Below, one piece after another: positions 36,356 through 48,846 of a DNA stretch of 64,000 nucleotides. The position numbers and the translations under genes are program-made. The notes under the pieces were generated by a model. It saw only the letters and a list, made by a program, of their open reading frames with translations. It ran no database searches and had not been told where the DNA came from. Origin of the DNA: Squalus acanthias (Eukaryota); the NCBI GenBank assembly GCA_030390025.1, contig CM059432.1:146074001-146138000 (forward strand), read 5' to 3'. Position 1 is the stretch's first letter. Every line of letters starts with the position of its first letter.

Positions 36356-36814
36356 CCTTAACTCTGCCCTGTCCCCAGAAACTCGAGCAGGGACAGTCTC
36401 ACTTTCCTGGTGGATCACAATTCCTGCTTTCTCACCATTATGGCGGTGGAACAGAATCGCGGATATTCCGGGCCTATGTATTCCTCCACCATATAACTGC
36501 GTGATACCTAATCTATCTCTATGCATAATTGCTCACCACCTTTGTTCAAACTACTTTGAAAATCCAAAATATGTATGTATTTTAAATTGGACCCATCACA
36601 TGCAAACCTAGATGTTATGCCAATTGTCAAAATTTAACTTTACATCTTAGTTGGATTTTACTCTGTTATTATGCTATCAGTGCAAGACTAAGCATAAATT
36701 GAAAGAGGGAGGGAGCCACTGTTGTACTAACAGCTTAGCAACACAGGAAGGCATAAAGATGTCACTGGCATACATACCTCCCTGTACATTGACACCAGAC
36801 CAGTTTGTCCTTAC

Positions 36815-36980
36815 CTCTCCAAGGCAGATATACAACTCCTTCATGGCAACTTCAACCTGGTCTACAATTGCAGGCACAGGTTTATCTTCTATTTCACTAA
36901 ACCATGGGCGGTATGTACGATCTATTTGTGGCATCCCAGGTTCAGTATTGCATTCTAACTGAGACAGCAACTTTGCAAGC
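36815..36980 (-). CDS. RGS22: RGS22 coding exon (166 nt, phase 2/0): LAKLLSQLECNTEPG...VAMKELYICLGE
   Basis: Acceptor caattacAG, donor GTaagg; continues the frame of the previous exon (YR|LAKL); ends MKELYICLGE like RGS22 MKKFYVSLGE. Confidence 0.85.
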
Positions 36981-37105
36981 CTGTAATTGATAATAGGAAC
37001 AGAGCTTTGGTCAGGCAGATGATAGTTATATGACTAAAAACATCAGCACACTACTTTGCGTAACACTGCACATTTAAAATTTCACTTTAGAGTACAAATA
37101 TGAAT

Positions 37106-37578
37106 GTCAGCTGTGGCTCAGTGGGTAGCACACTCGCCTCTGAGTCAGAAGAAGTTGTGGGTTCAAGTCCCACTCCAGAGACTTGAGCACAAAAAGCTAG
37201 GCTGACCCTCCAGTGCAGTGCTGAGGGAGTGCTGCACTGTCGGAGGTGCTGTCTTTTGGATGAGTGGTTAAACCGAGAACCCGTCTGCTCTCTCAGGTGG
37301 ATGTAAAAGATCCCATGGCACTATTTCGAAGAAGAGCAGGGGAGTTCTCCCCGGTGTCCTGGGGCCAATATTTATCCCTCAATCAACATAACAAAAAACA
37401 GATTATCTGGTCATTATCACATTGCTGTTTGTGGGAGCTTGCTGTGTGCAATTTAGCTGCCGTGTTTCCCACAGTACAACAGTGACTACACTCCAAAAGT
37501 ACTTAATTGGCTGTAAAGCGCTTTGAGACGTCCGGTGGCTGTGAAAGGCGCTATAGAAATGCAAGTCTTTCTTTCTTT
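37106..37578 (+). mobile_element. Full-length tRNA-derived Deu-domain SINE (SacSINE1/AmnSINE-like)
   Basis: A/B boxes, central GGATGTAAAAGATCCCATGGCACTATTTCGAAGAAGAGCAGGGGAGTTCTCCCCGGTGTCCTGG domain, L2-like tail AAAGGCGCTATAGAAATGCAAG(TCTT)n. Confidence 0.8.
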
Positions 37579-37828
37579 TTAATGCCTGAAATTAAATTCG
37601 CTGATATACATAAGACTGCAGGAGACAGCAAGACATTAAATAGCACTGATGTTTGTAATGGATCTGTAAGAGCTGTGATACACTGTGATAGTAGTTCATG
37701 ATGTATCAATATTTAATCATTCTGAAAGAGTAAAGTCACAATTTTAAAGCTGTTCGAAGTTTCTATCCAATTGGAGAGGAGCATGGTGAAGAAGCTTTCT
37801 GATGCCGTTTACTGACACAGGAACCATT

Positions 37829-38570
37829 GGCTGGGAAATTGGACCCATTTGCGCCGGCCGTTAAGGCCGGTTTGGAAGATAAAATGCCAGCCGCCTCGCT
37901 TCCGCCTACTTTCGGCGCAGAACCCGGCGGCCACCATTTTTGGGCAGGTTGGCAGCGCTGCCGTTGCCTGCACTTGTTCAGATATTTAGATGAGCCAGAT
38001 CGTGACATCAATCGGCATGAAATGCTGAATTGACGCACGATCTGGTATTTTGGACGTCGCTGCTCCTTTTAACGCCCTCTCCGAAGCACGCACGGCAGAA
38101 CGGCGTGCAGCTGTATGACGGACTTCCTACTGGCGCTTCTTAAAGGAACACACGCAACTTTCTGATAAGTTTAGATTTTTGCTTTTGAACTGGCTTCCTT
38201 ACATTTTATTGGAGTAGCGGCTTGGTGTAATACATTTAAGAAGTTGTTAAAGTGTGAAGGGAGTGCAGGGAGTGCTGCTGGACATTTGCAAGGCTTTGGG
38301 TCTTAAAAGAAGGCCTCTGAGAACATCACTTGCTCCCAGTTGTGGGGGCTCTAGTTGCAGTCTTCCTTGGGCTGCAGCAGGACATGAAGATGGAACAGAG
38401 GCAACAAAGGGGATAAGCTACTCGCAGAGGGAGGAGGGGGAGGAAGAGGAAGAGAAGGAAGAGGAGGAGGGGGAGGAAGAGGAAGAAGCAGAAGAGGAAG
38501 AAACAGAAGAGGAGGAAGCGGAGAAGAGGAGGAAGCAGAAGGAAGGAGGCAACCCAGACTGCCCCTAAAT
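37829..38570 (+). mobile_element. Harbinger relic (left end and transposase start/acidic remnant)
   Basis: Colinear with 59985-60383 plus 62795-63060; GAG/GAA-rich tract 38428-38545. Confidence 0.7.
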
Positions 38571-38638
38571 ATAGAGAAGAGTGAGGTGTTACATTTTGGT
38601 AGGGAGAGTAAGAAGGCCACATATTGCTTGGATAATAA

Positions 38639-39079
38639 GGGCTGGATTTTCAATGACCCGTGGAGTCGGGTTTGGAGGCGTGTGGGGGGTTAAAGTTGCA
38701 GATTCGGGGGTCCCGACCCCATCCCGACTCCACGCAATTTTGACAAAATCGGTCGTGGTGTTCCCGACTCCGTCCCGCCTCCAAGAGGCGGGAGAGGCCA
38801 TTAAAGCCCTTAACAAGCCCTAAATTGGCTCTGTAATGCCATTTTGAAACGTTTTTGCTAGTTTAACCCTTTTCCGACGTGAAGTACGCCTGATGTGAAA
38901 CACTCCAGTGAAACCTGGCGGGAGCACAAGTGGATAGCTGACTATCAGCTGCAGGTCCACTATTACAACGGAGATGTGATAAAGGTAGTAGTAGTATTAG
39001 GTCTGAAAGTTGATGCTGCTGCATTGAATGTCTTCAGAGACTGCCTGGCCTTGCTGTGAGAGGACCTGGACGGAAAAGA

Positions 39080-39110
<31 letters not shown>

Positions 39111-39322
39111 GCAAAAGCCAGGCAGTCTCTGCAATGATGACATCATCAGAGGCGACTTTCAGACTGAAACCACTAATTGGTTCATGGGTTCCCACATGCT
39201 GGAACTCAATTGCCCAATTAAGTTAAAATTGCATCATTCATCCACATTAATCTGGAGTCGGGGGGGCAACACGAAATGCGGGTAACACGACCCCAACCCG
39301 ACCCCAAGACAAAATCCAGCCC
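38639..39322. mobile_element. Harbinger-type MITE inside a CR1 fragment
   Basis: TIRs GGGCTGGATTTT / AAAATCCAGCCC; CR1 sequence on both sides (38580-38638, 39323-39510); TSD not clean. Confidence 0.75.
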
Positions 39323-39514
39323 TTGGAGTCTAAATGAGGTAGAGGAGCAAAGGGATCCCGGGGTACGGATGCACAAATCACTAAAGTAGCAGTACAGGTT
39401 GATCAGGCCATAAAAAAAAGCAAACCTCGCACTGGGGTTCATTTCTAGAGCAATAGAATTAAAAAGCAGAGACGTTATGTTAAACTTGTATCGAACTTTG
39501 ATTAGACAACACTA

Positions 39515-40210
39515 GAATCATAGTAGAATCATAGAATTATAGAATCAGATAATGGCACAGCACAGCAGGAGGCCATTCAGCCCATCGTGCCTGTGCCGGC
39601 TCTTTGGTAGAGCTATCCACAATTAGTCCCACTCCCCTGCTCTTTCCCCATAGCCCTGTAAATTTTTTCCCTTCAAGTATTTATCCAATTCTCTTTGAAT
39701 GTTACCATTGAATCTGCTTCCACCGCCCTTTCAGGCAGTGCATTCCCCAGCACAACAACTCGCTGTGTAAAAAAATGTTTCCTCATGTTGCCTCTGGTTC
39801 TTTGCCAATCACCTTAAATGTGTGTCCTCTGGTTACCGACCCTTCTGCCACTGGTAACAGTTTCTCTTTATTTACTCCACCAAAATCATTCATGATTTGA
39901 AACACCTCTAACAAATCTCCTCTTAACCTTCTCTGCTCCAAGGAGAACAACCCCAGCTTCTGCAGTCTCTCCACATGACTGAAGTCGCTTATCCCTGGTA
40001 CCATTCTCGTAAATCTCCTCTGCACCCTCTTCAAGGTCTTGACATCCTTCCTAAAGTGCGGTGCCCAAAATTCAAAACAATACTCCAGCTGAGGCCTAAC
40101 CAGTGTTTTATAAAAGTTTATCATAACATCCTTGCTTTTGTACTCTACTCCTCTATTAATAAAGCCAAGGATCCCATATGCTTTTTTAACAGCCTTATTG
40201 ACTTGTCCTG
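39515..40210 (-). mobile_element. CR1 LINE 3' end
   Basis: ORF 39783..40256 LVRPQLEYC...RGDL; tail repeats at 39515-39548. Confidence 0.88.
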
Positions 40211-40256
40211 CCAGGGAAGGAAAGGGGAGTTGAGGTAGAAGATAAGCCATGATCAT

Positions 40257-40688
40257 GTCAGCTGTGGCTGAGTTGGTGGCTCTCTCACCTCTAAGTCAGA
40301 AGGTTGTGGGTTCAAGTCCCACTTGAGCACAAAATGCTAGGCTGACACTCCAGTGCATTACTGAGGGAGTGCTGCACTGTCAGAGGTGCCACCTTTTAGA
40401 TGAGACGTTAAACCGAGGCCCCATCTGTTCTCTCAGGTGGATGTAAAAAATCCTATGGCACTGGTGTCCTAGCCAATATTTATTCCTCAATCAACATCAG
40501 TAAAAAAAACAGATTATCTGGTTAATATCAGATTACTGTTTATGGGGGCTTGCTGTGCGCAAATTGGCTGCTGCATTTCCTACATTACAACAGTGGCTAC
40601 ACTTCAAAAGTACTTCAGTGGCTGTGAAGCACTTTGGGACGTCCTGAGGTTTTGAAAAGCGCTATAGAAATTCAAGTCTTCCTTTTCT
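40257..40688 (+). mobile_element. Deu-domain SINE copy inserted in a CR1 3' UTR
   Basis: Colinear with 37106-37578 with small deletions. Confidence 0.8.
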
Positions 40689-41429
40689 GATCTTATTCAA
40701 TGGCGGAGCAGGCTCGAGGGGTCGTAGGGCCTACTGCTGCCCCAGGAAAATGGTGGTGGATGGGAATGGAGCAGTGAGTACCGCCCCGCAAGTTTCAGGC
40801 CACTGCCACTCCGTTCTTACTGGATGGAGCGACTTAAAATCGTCCCCAGTATGTGTAAACAGGGCAGTGAGACCCGTTGAAAGATATAATGGACTTTTGT
40901 TCTTTATCACTACTACTCTGAGTCTAGCTTCCATCCTAAAATTTGTTCACAGAAAGTTTTGCTTGTTATGGACTGCTAAGACCTTTTTTGAAGACCAATC
41001 AAGAGCAAACTAATGTGGTGGGTGGCGAGAGGAAATGGTAGGGTTAGAAACAAAAGAGTATTTGTACTCAAACTCAGAACTGGTCTCAGCAGAATAAAGA
41101 GAACATTTTGGAAGAGTTACCCCAGCTTCTGAGAATAGAGCCATAAATAAGAATTTGCAATGAAACAAACTGTTAATTGTTTAATATGATTTCTTTCCAC
41201 TCCTGGCCTTTTTTCTTTTATTTACATTTAGGTGGCGAAGGGGCCCAAGAGCTTGCTGTGTGACTATGCTCACGAGTACTTAGCCCTGGAGCGCTTGGTT
41301 GCCATAACATAATTTGGCGCTTTACAGCCTTCTGGACGCAACATAGAGTTCAACAATTTCAGACCATAACCTCTGCCCCTATCCTTTTTTTCCTCATTTA
41401 TTTATCTATTTATTTTCTTTTTTTCTCTC

Positions 41430-42672
41430 TCTCACATGGCAGCTATCTTTCATTCTGCCAGTGCCATTCACACTTCATCTCGAGGCCATCTTTTGTTTCT
41501 TAACTTGTCCCATTACCATCTCCTTTTGCCTTGCACCATCTCTTAATCTCTCTTAATGGGGGAGAAATTCAGTATCGCCCCAATCGGGGCGCAATTATCG
41601 GCCGGGCGCAAAGATTAGCGCCTGGCGCTAATTATCGCCACCGACTGCAAACTTGACTTTTATCGCCCCTGGAGGTGATTGGAGCGCTAAATCAAGCGCT
41701 TCACACCTGTCTTAAGGCGCAAAGGCCGAGGAGCGAGGCGCTACCTCAGAGCGCAGGCGAAGCTCATGTAATGTCAGTCAGCAATGGAACACACACACAA
41801 TGGCACGGGCCAGTTCTTAAAGGGGATGGTTGATCTTGCTTTCCATCCACATCCTGCTCATTGCAGCCTTGAATCTCGGCCTGGAGAGACCTGCACATCA
41901 AATCTGCTGGAAAGAACAATAGAGAGTACCAGGCAAAGAGCTCAGAGTGCAGCCCCCACAATCTCTTCTAAATCGATACAAGGAATGGCAAATCAAAATG
42001 AACCTGCAAAGTGCTGCTCAGTACCCAAAACTCCTTCACACAACGTTGAATCTCTCTAGAAGTCTCTCTCTCTCTCTCTCAGAATGCATAGTTCAAAAAT
42101 GGCACCAACAATAAAAGGCAGGAAGCGGTCGCCTTTAAATAGCGCTCCCCCTTTCCCTTCATGACTGCAGAACGCTCCCCTCAACCTGTCGTTGCTAGCG
42201 TCAGGCGGTAAGGCAGGGGGCGCCACTCAATATCCACTCCGGGGCGATACCGGGGTGTTGCGCACTCGACTGACGTCACGATCTGCCGGCGCAGGAGATC
42301 GTGGCGGTAGTGTTTAGCGCCGCCGCAAAATGTCTAGTTAATTTCGCGAGCGGCGCAAACTTTGCCGCGCCTGGGCGCTAGATGCTTTGCGCTCCATTAG
42401 CGCCCTCTTAAGGCGCTAACGGGAGGCGCAACCAACTGAATTTTTCCCCCAATGTCTCTTAATCTCTCCTGCCTTCCATCCTATCACAGACCTTCCCTTT
42501 TGTTCTTTCCTCCCCCTCCCCCCTTTCCCTGTCTACACTTGCTTAAAAACCTCTTCCATCTCCAGCTTTTTCCAGTTCTGACGAAGGGTCATCGACCTGA
42601 AACGTTAACTCTGTTTCTCTCTCCACAGATTCTGCCTGACCTGCTGAGTATTTCCGGCATTTTCTGTTTTTA
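41430..42672 (+). repeat. Penelope-type repeat split by MITE M copy 3; hammerhead core at 42574-42610
   Basis: Pyrimidine-rich body on both sides of the MITE; AGTT-CTGACGA-AGGGTCATCGACCT-GAAA-CGTT-AACT. Confidence 0.65.
41558..42450 (-). mobile_element. Harbinger MITE family M, copy 3
   Basis: Reverse complement of 30662-31556 with few differences; AAT duplication. Confidence 0.9.
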
Positions 42673-43288
42673 TAACATTAATAGCTTCTTTTAAAGAAAA
42701 TACAAATTTAAAACAATTTATTTTAAGTAAATCGCAATTCAGGGAAACCAATCACTGGCAGCAATGGTCCCAGTGCTTTGCTGCCACACTGATGCACCTC
42801 CAGAGCGGATGCTTTTTACTTGCAACATGAGGATTTTGGTGCCAAACATCAAGCCCGACTAAAGGCTCACTGAACTCCAAATGGTCCACAAAAACACCCA
42901 CCCTTTCCACTCTGGATGTACATAGCAGCCACCTGTAAATTACAGCCAATCCAGACTTTAGTAAAAGTTGCAGCCAGGTTCCACTATAATGGGTTTAATA
43001 GCCTCCCAATAGATCTTAAAAGGCTGGAAAACGGGTGTTAATTGTGCACCTATGTCAAGTCGTCTTATTCAGTTTGCACATTTTAACACTTTTGGTTATT
43101 TTAGTTGGCAGCAACATTGATTCTTTCAGCAATTAAATTTAGTTGAAAACTCTGCTGGGGTAAGATTTCCTCTGTGTGCTAAGCATGATGAGATTGGAAT
43201 CCCATTCTTTGTTAAACAAGTTTATGCTTTCATTGCACAGAGTTTATCTTTCCCCACTGTTTTCTCCAAGCAATATCTGTACAGAATT

Positions 43289-43392
43289 AAAAATAAAAAC
43301 AAAATGCTGGAAATACTCAGCTGGTCAGGCAGCATCTGTGGAGAGAGAAAAAGAGTTAGCGTTTCAGGTCGATGACCCTTCGTCAGAACTTT
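43289..43392 (-). repeat. Penelope-type terminal repeat with hammerhead-like core
   Basis: Reverse complement of 42574-42670. Confidence 0.7.
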
Positions 43393-43529
43393 GCTTCTGT
43401 ACAGAATTAGTTGGTTGTCAGCACTGCAGGTGTTTTAAAATATCAAAAAATCTGTCCCAATAAACACTACATGCATTGAGGAAAGGCCAGAAATAGATGC
43501 AGTTTTTGTATTGGCTTGCTGGATAAACA

Positions 43530-43920
43530 TGATGGCCAGCTGGGTGCTCAGCCAGAAGGACGAGGAAATGTCCAAGTCCCATCCCCAGTTTGTAATGAGT
43601 TAGCTGAACCCAACTGAGACAATGGCAGTTGACTTCAACATATTAGACTAGAGAAGGGAATAAAATCAGGGTTCCCACTCCTGACTGCTATACTGTGACC
43701 CCTTTTGGAACGCATGTGTGTGCGAGTACACGTGTGCATTCTCCGCCTGGTAAGGACAAAATTGGGCGAGCGTGTGCTGTTCCCCACTGCTGAACAGCTT
43801 ATCAATACTCCCACCCTATGCTCACACATTAAGAATGGCTTTTTGAGTGAGATACTGGAGTGCTGCGACATCCATGGGACTGTGCCGGTGCCTTCAAGAG
43901 AACAGAGGACAAAAGTAATG
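43530..43920 (+). mobile_element. Probable old SINE (UCON3-like)
   Basis: Resembles from memory a cartilaginous-fish SINE body (GGGTTCC..CTCCTGA..GCTAT..AGTGACCCC; GCTCACACAT..AAGAATGGC); single decayed copy here. Confidence 0.35.
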
Positions 43921-44554
43921 GACAAAAGTTTGGGTAAAAAAGGAAAATTAGGACCAAGACCTAAGAAGGAGCAAATGAATTTTACTGGTGCCAAAGCTTT
44001 TAAAACTGTAACCTGTTCGGATTCCCACATCTTCACAGCCATCATTTCCCCACTTGAGATCCTAATCTCAGCTGTGCCCCATATCAAGGTGTCAAGTGAA
44101 ACATAGAAACATAGAAGATAGGAGCAGGAGTAGGCCATTCGGCCCCTCGAGCCTGCTCCGCCATTTAATGAGATCATGGCTGATCATCCAAATTCAGTAC
44201 CCTGTGAAAGCTTTCCTACTAGGAGGAAGGAAAAATCTGAAGCAAAAGTGATCCGATGGTCACTTTTGTACTTCTTCTGATGGCTGGTTAAAAAACGCCC
44301 TTGGCCGATGCCCAAGAGCATGACTCCAGTTTTACCTCTCTGCCAGGAAAGATGTGGAGCGCACAATTTTCAAGAGAGTTTTCGGTACATCTGTACAAGC
44401 TAATTAATATATACTAAGCTGTACCTTTGATGCATTATCCACTGCAACAAAGGGTACACTACTTCAAGCTTATTGAGAATACGATCACCATTGTGGGAAC
44501 AAAGGTAAATACTAGCACAACAATCACTCATAGAAAAAGATTTGGAGTTTTCAC

Positions 44555-44640
44555 CTGTACTCAAAGTAACAGTCACTGTTAAGGAACGCTGGGAGTCTTT
44601 CATTTTTTATCCATGCCACACCCTGCTCCCGATCGAGGCA
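44555..44640 (-). CDS. RGS22: RGS22 coding exon (86 nt, phase 0/2): CLDREQGVAWIKNERLPAFLNSDCYFEYR
   Basis: Acceptor tcaattttAG, donor GTgaaa; not in the ORF track, translated by hand; closely matches the remembered RGS22 motif WIKKERLPAFLESDCYFEYR. Confidence 0.9.
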
Positions 44641-44939
44641 CTAAAATTGATAAAATAATATAAGCTCATAATGGCTAACTTTGTTACATTTCAATTCTTC
44701 TAAACAAAGAGTACAAGATATTTTGAAAGATCTGAGTAGATTATTAGCCCAGGAAGGTATGTGAAGAAAGGCACATGGTGGTGGGGCACAATTTTCACTC
44801 ACTGATATATTTAGTCGGCTTTACACTGCCAAACAGTCTCTGAGGAGTGGAGTACCACAGTAAAGAACTTTTTGTGACGAATAGTGGACTTTCAGAATTT
44901 GTTCACGATTTCGGTAATTTTAAAAACCACATTACATTA

Positions 44940-45210
44940 AACTGAGATGAGGAGGAGGAATTTCTTCTCTCAGAGGGTCGTAAATCTGTGGAATTCTCTG
45001 CCCCAGAGAGCTGTGGAGGCTGGGTCATTGAATATATTTAACGTGGAGATAAGACAGATTTTTGAAGAATAAGGGAGTGATGGGTTATGGGGAGCGGGCA
45101 GGGAAATGGAGCTGAGCCCAAGATCAGATCAGCAATGATCTCATTGAATGGCGGAGCAGGCTCGAGGGGCCAAATGGCCTACTCCTGCTCCTATTTCTTA
45201 TGTTCTTATA
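44940..45210 (+). mobile_element. CR1 3' end (another tail on - at 44100-44185)
   Basis: FFSQRVVNLWNSLP and shared 3' UTR GGCGGAGCAGGCTCGAGGGGCC. Confidence 0.85.
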
Positions 45211-47309
45211 TAAGATCTGATATGTCTGACGCGGTCCCCAGATCAGATTTTCACCCTTTAGCTGCTGCTTTGTGTGAAAGAGTGGAGGCACGGTCAGACT
45301 TCACCAATTCCGAATAATACTAAGAGGCTGATTTTCCAAGTTTGCACGAGTAGTGAGCCTCGCCTGCCAGCTGAGCATGAAATCCTACGATTGTACTCAT
45401 TGTGCTCATTGCTGTCTGCAGAGAGCCCCAATCACAGGTTTCTGAATGGCAGTTACATTTTAATGTTTGGAGAATGACAACAAAAAATGAAAAACTCTGT
45501 ACTGACATTAAAAAAAAGTGTTTAAAAAATGGACCACCTGAGGTCTTTTTATACTTGGCTTTGCACTGGACTGTAGCTATACCGCAGTGGGTGTCACGCC
45601 TCTAGGCTGCAGTCAGATTGCAGACGTGCCTCCCAAGATATACTTCCGGAATTGTGTCAGCGCACATTCAAAACTGCTTTGCATTGTAAGGGTAAAAAAT
45701 TAATTGTAATAATGTAAGGGCAAATCAGTTGTAATGTTTAAGATTAGTTGAACTGCTTAAAGGACTATAGTAAAGGTCAAAGTATCTCCCGAAGGCTACA
45801 AGCCGATGGAGTGATGGAGACAGGGGTATAATTAGATAAAGACCAGCTTGCTTGGTCTGCGGCATAGGCAATGCAGACACTGCAGAACAAAAATGTGAAT
45901 CATTGTTTTCTATAATAAACTAACCTCGAATAGGCGTAAGAATGAAACCTTGCTGATGGCTGACCACTATTAGACAAAAGCAGAAGTAAAGGATGGGTTT
46001 CGCTAACATTGTAAGATTCTAATTAGGTTGTTTTTAGAAACCCTAAGGGTCGCTCATGATGTAATAACTGTGCTGATGTTTGTATTTTCTGGCTTCGTGA
46101 AGTGTATAAAGAAGCTTGGCTGCCACTATTAAATTGAGAAGCTGGTCACTAGACCGCGAGGCTATGACGCTTCTCCCAAAGCGCTTTGAATAATAAACTG
46201 TGATCTTTTGCTTTGAGACATTGACGTAAAAGCAGTCATACAACTGGCCCATAATGTGCAAAGGATCTGATTGTCTTAATCACCTTTGAGTAGACGCACC
46301 ATCAAGCATTGTACTCATCATACTCACTGTACTCAATGTACTCATTCTGCACAGTAAGGGGGTTTTAATCCTACCCACCTGGTGGAAACCGGAAGGGTGG
46401 GCAGTTAAAATGCCCGGATTACTTACTTGCTGGGAGGCCACCAGGATCCCGTTGTTTCCGATTTTAACGGACACTTCTGGACAGTTGGGCAAGCCACCCA
46501 CACAAAGCTGGCGGGGGTCCTGATTCGCAAATCCGAACTGGGGTCCGATGATGCCTTCGGGGCCCCTGCAGTGATTTAAGCTTTGGCTTGAGTGGGGGAA
46601 GTCACTGCTGCTTTCCCGCCAGTGTGAAGAGGATCGGGAAGCTAAGGAGACACTCCAGGTAATTTTTTTACTTTCCTTTGCGGGCCAGGAGGAACCCACC
46701 GTGCCGGGTGGTAAGTGGAGGAGTGACATGTTAATGAGACCCGGCGGTTAAAATCGCTGTCGCCTCATACTGTCGCGGGCAAGCGGAAAACTAACCGAAA
46801 CCAGTGGTTTCCGTCAGAAGCTCGGTGGTAATTAAAGTCCCTTTCATTGGGAATCTTTTTTTTTTAAATTCTGACTAGAACCTGATTGAATAAAGCAATT
46901 AATTAGCAAAACATAATTTTGCCTCTCGGCTCTGGGCTTGAATCCAGACAAGAGAGCACAAAGGAGACCATTCACCCCATCTTTTGCTGGAGCAATCCAA
47001 AACTAATCTCACTGACCTGCTGTCTCCCCAGTCTCTTGTATCTTACTTTGTTTAAAATATTTGTCTAATTTTCCCTTAAGAGATGTAACGATCTCTGTCT
47101 CAACCACCAGTTGTAGCAAAGTGTTCCATGCGCCAACAAAACAACAATTTCATTATAACCTCTCGCCTCAGTCGATTAGTGACAATTTTTTTTTGATGTC
47201 CCCCTCACCACTGACACTTTAACCAGAGGAAACAGGCTTTCCCTGTTGACTATCAAATCTCTTCATAATCTTAAATATGTCCATTAAATCGATGTTACCT
47301 CTGCCAAAG

Positions 47310-47860
47310 CCTCAGCCCATTTGCCGTTGAAAGCCTCATCCATGCCCGTGTCACCTCCAGGCTCAACCATTCCAATGCTCTCATGGCTGTCTCCCATCTT
47401 CCACCCTCTGCAAACTTTAGCTCACCCAAAACTCTGTCCCATACCAAGTTCCTGTTCTCGCTGGCAGACAATGCTTAAATTTAACATTCTCATCTTCGTG
47501 TTTAACTCCCTTCATGGTCACGCCGCTCCCTATCTCTAACTTCCTCCAACACTACAGCCCTTTGAACTCTGTGTTCCACCGACTCTAGCCTGTTGTGCAT
47601 TCCCCCTCTTCACCCCATCGTTGGCAGCTGTGCCTTCAGCCACCTAGGTCCCATGCACTGGAATTCCCTCCCTGAGGCCATCTGCCTTTCCACCTCCCTC
47701 TCCTTCTTTAAGACCCTCCTTAAAACCCACCTTTGTTTTTTTTTACCAAACTTTCGATCATCCTTCCTAATATCTTCTTCTTTGGTTCAACATCCCTGTT
47801 TTTTTTAAATTACACTAGTGTGAACCACTTTAGGATGTTTTTCTACATTATAGGCACTAT
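47310..47860 (+). mobile_element. Degenerate L2 3' end
   Basis: FNILIFVFNSLHG.A.PYL and WNSLP remnants. Confidence 0.65.
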
Positions 47861-47949
47861 GGACAGAACCTTCAACTTTGGTGGGGTTGTAAAACGGACG
47901 CTATTGAATCAGCCGCCTGTTATACAAAGTATTACAAATTACAAAGTAT

Positions 47950-48520
47950 TTATAGCACAGAAACAGGCCATTCGGCCCAACAGGTCCATGCTGCACACGA
48001 GCCTCCTCCCACCATTCTTCATCTAACCCCATCAACATATCATTCTATTCCTTTTTCCCTCATGTGCTTATCTAACTTCCCCTTAAATGCATCTGTGCTA
48101 TTCGCCTCAACCACTCCCTGTGGTAGCACGTTCCACATTCTCACCACTCTCTGGGTAAAGAAGTTTCTCCTGAATTTTCTATTGGATTTATTAGTGATTA
48201 TCTTCTATTTATGGCCCCTAGTTCTGGTCTCCCCCACAAGTGGAAACGTCTTCTCTACGTCTACCCTGTCAAACCCTTTCATAATCTTAAAGAGCTCTAT
48301 CAGGTCACCCCCTCAGTCTTCTCTTTTTCTAGAGAAAAGAGCCCCAGCCTGTTCAATCTTTTCTGATAGGTATAACTTCTCAGTTCTGGTATCATTCTAG
48401 TAACTCTTTTTCGCACCTTCTCCAGTGCTTCTGTGTCCTTTTTATAATATGGAGACCAGAAGTGTTCGCAGTACTCCAAGTGTGGTCTAACCAAGGTTCT
48501 GTACAAGTTTAACATAACCC
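47950..48520 (-). mobile_element. CR1 3' end
   Basis: ORF 48300..48548 LYRTLVRPHLEYC. Confidence 0.85.
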
Positions 48521-48846
48521 GTCCAATTTTCCTTTCCTTTGACTTCAATAGAAAGGAAATTCTGCCGGTGCATATAACAAGCGGCCGATACGATATCGTC
48601 CACTTTACACCTCTGCTGAAGTTGAAAGTTCCAGCATATATAAATGCAGTTAATGTTATATTCGGATTGCTGGTGCTGATGAAGGGTAACGTCCAACTAT
48701 CTTACTCTTTAAAATGTGGCACATTTACAGCAATTTCTGTTTTTAACTGAGATTTCTGCTGTCACGTTTTTCTTATTATTCTTAAATACACTATCACTGG
48801 CAGATTATGCCCAGCGGCATAATGACACTGTCAATCATCTACCTAC

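Noticed and set aside
37106..37180. tRNA genes at 1498, 37106, 40257 and 54720
   Set aside because: They continue into SINE bodies and lack a clean cloverleaf and terminator.
38254..38653. Poly-E and poly-L/P ORFs
   Set aside because: Stop-poor purine tract from a Harbinger transposase remnant.
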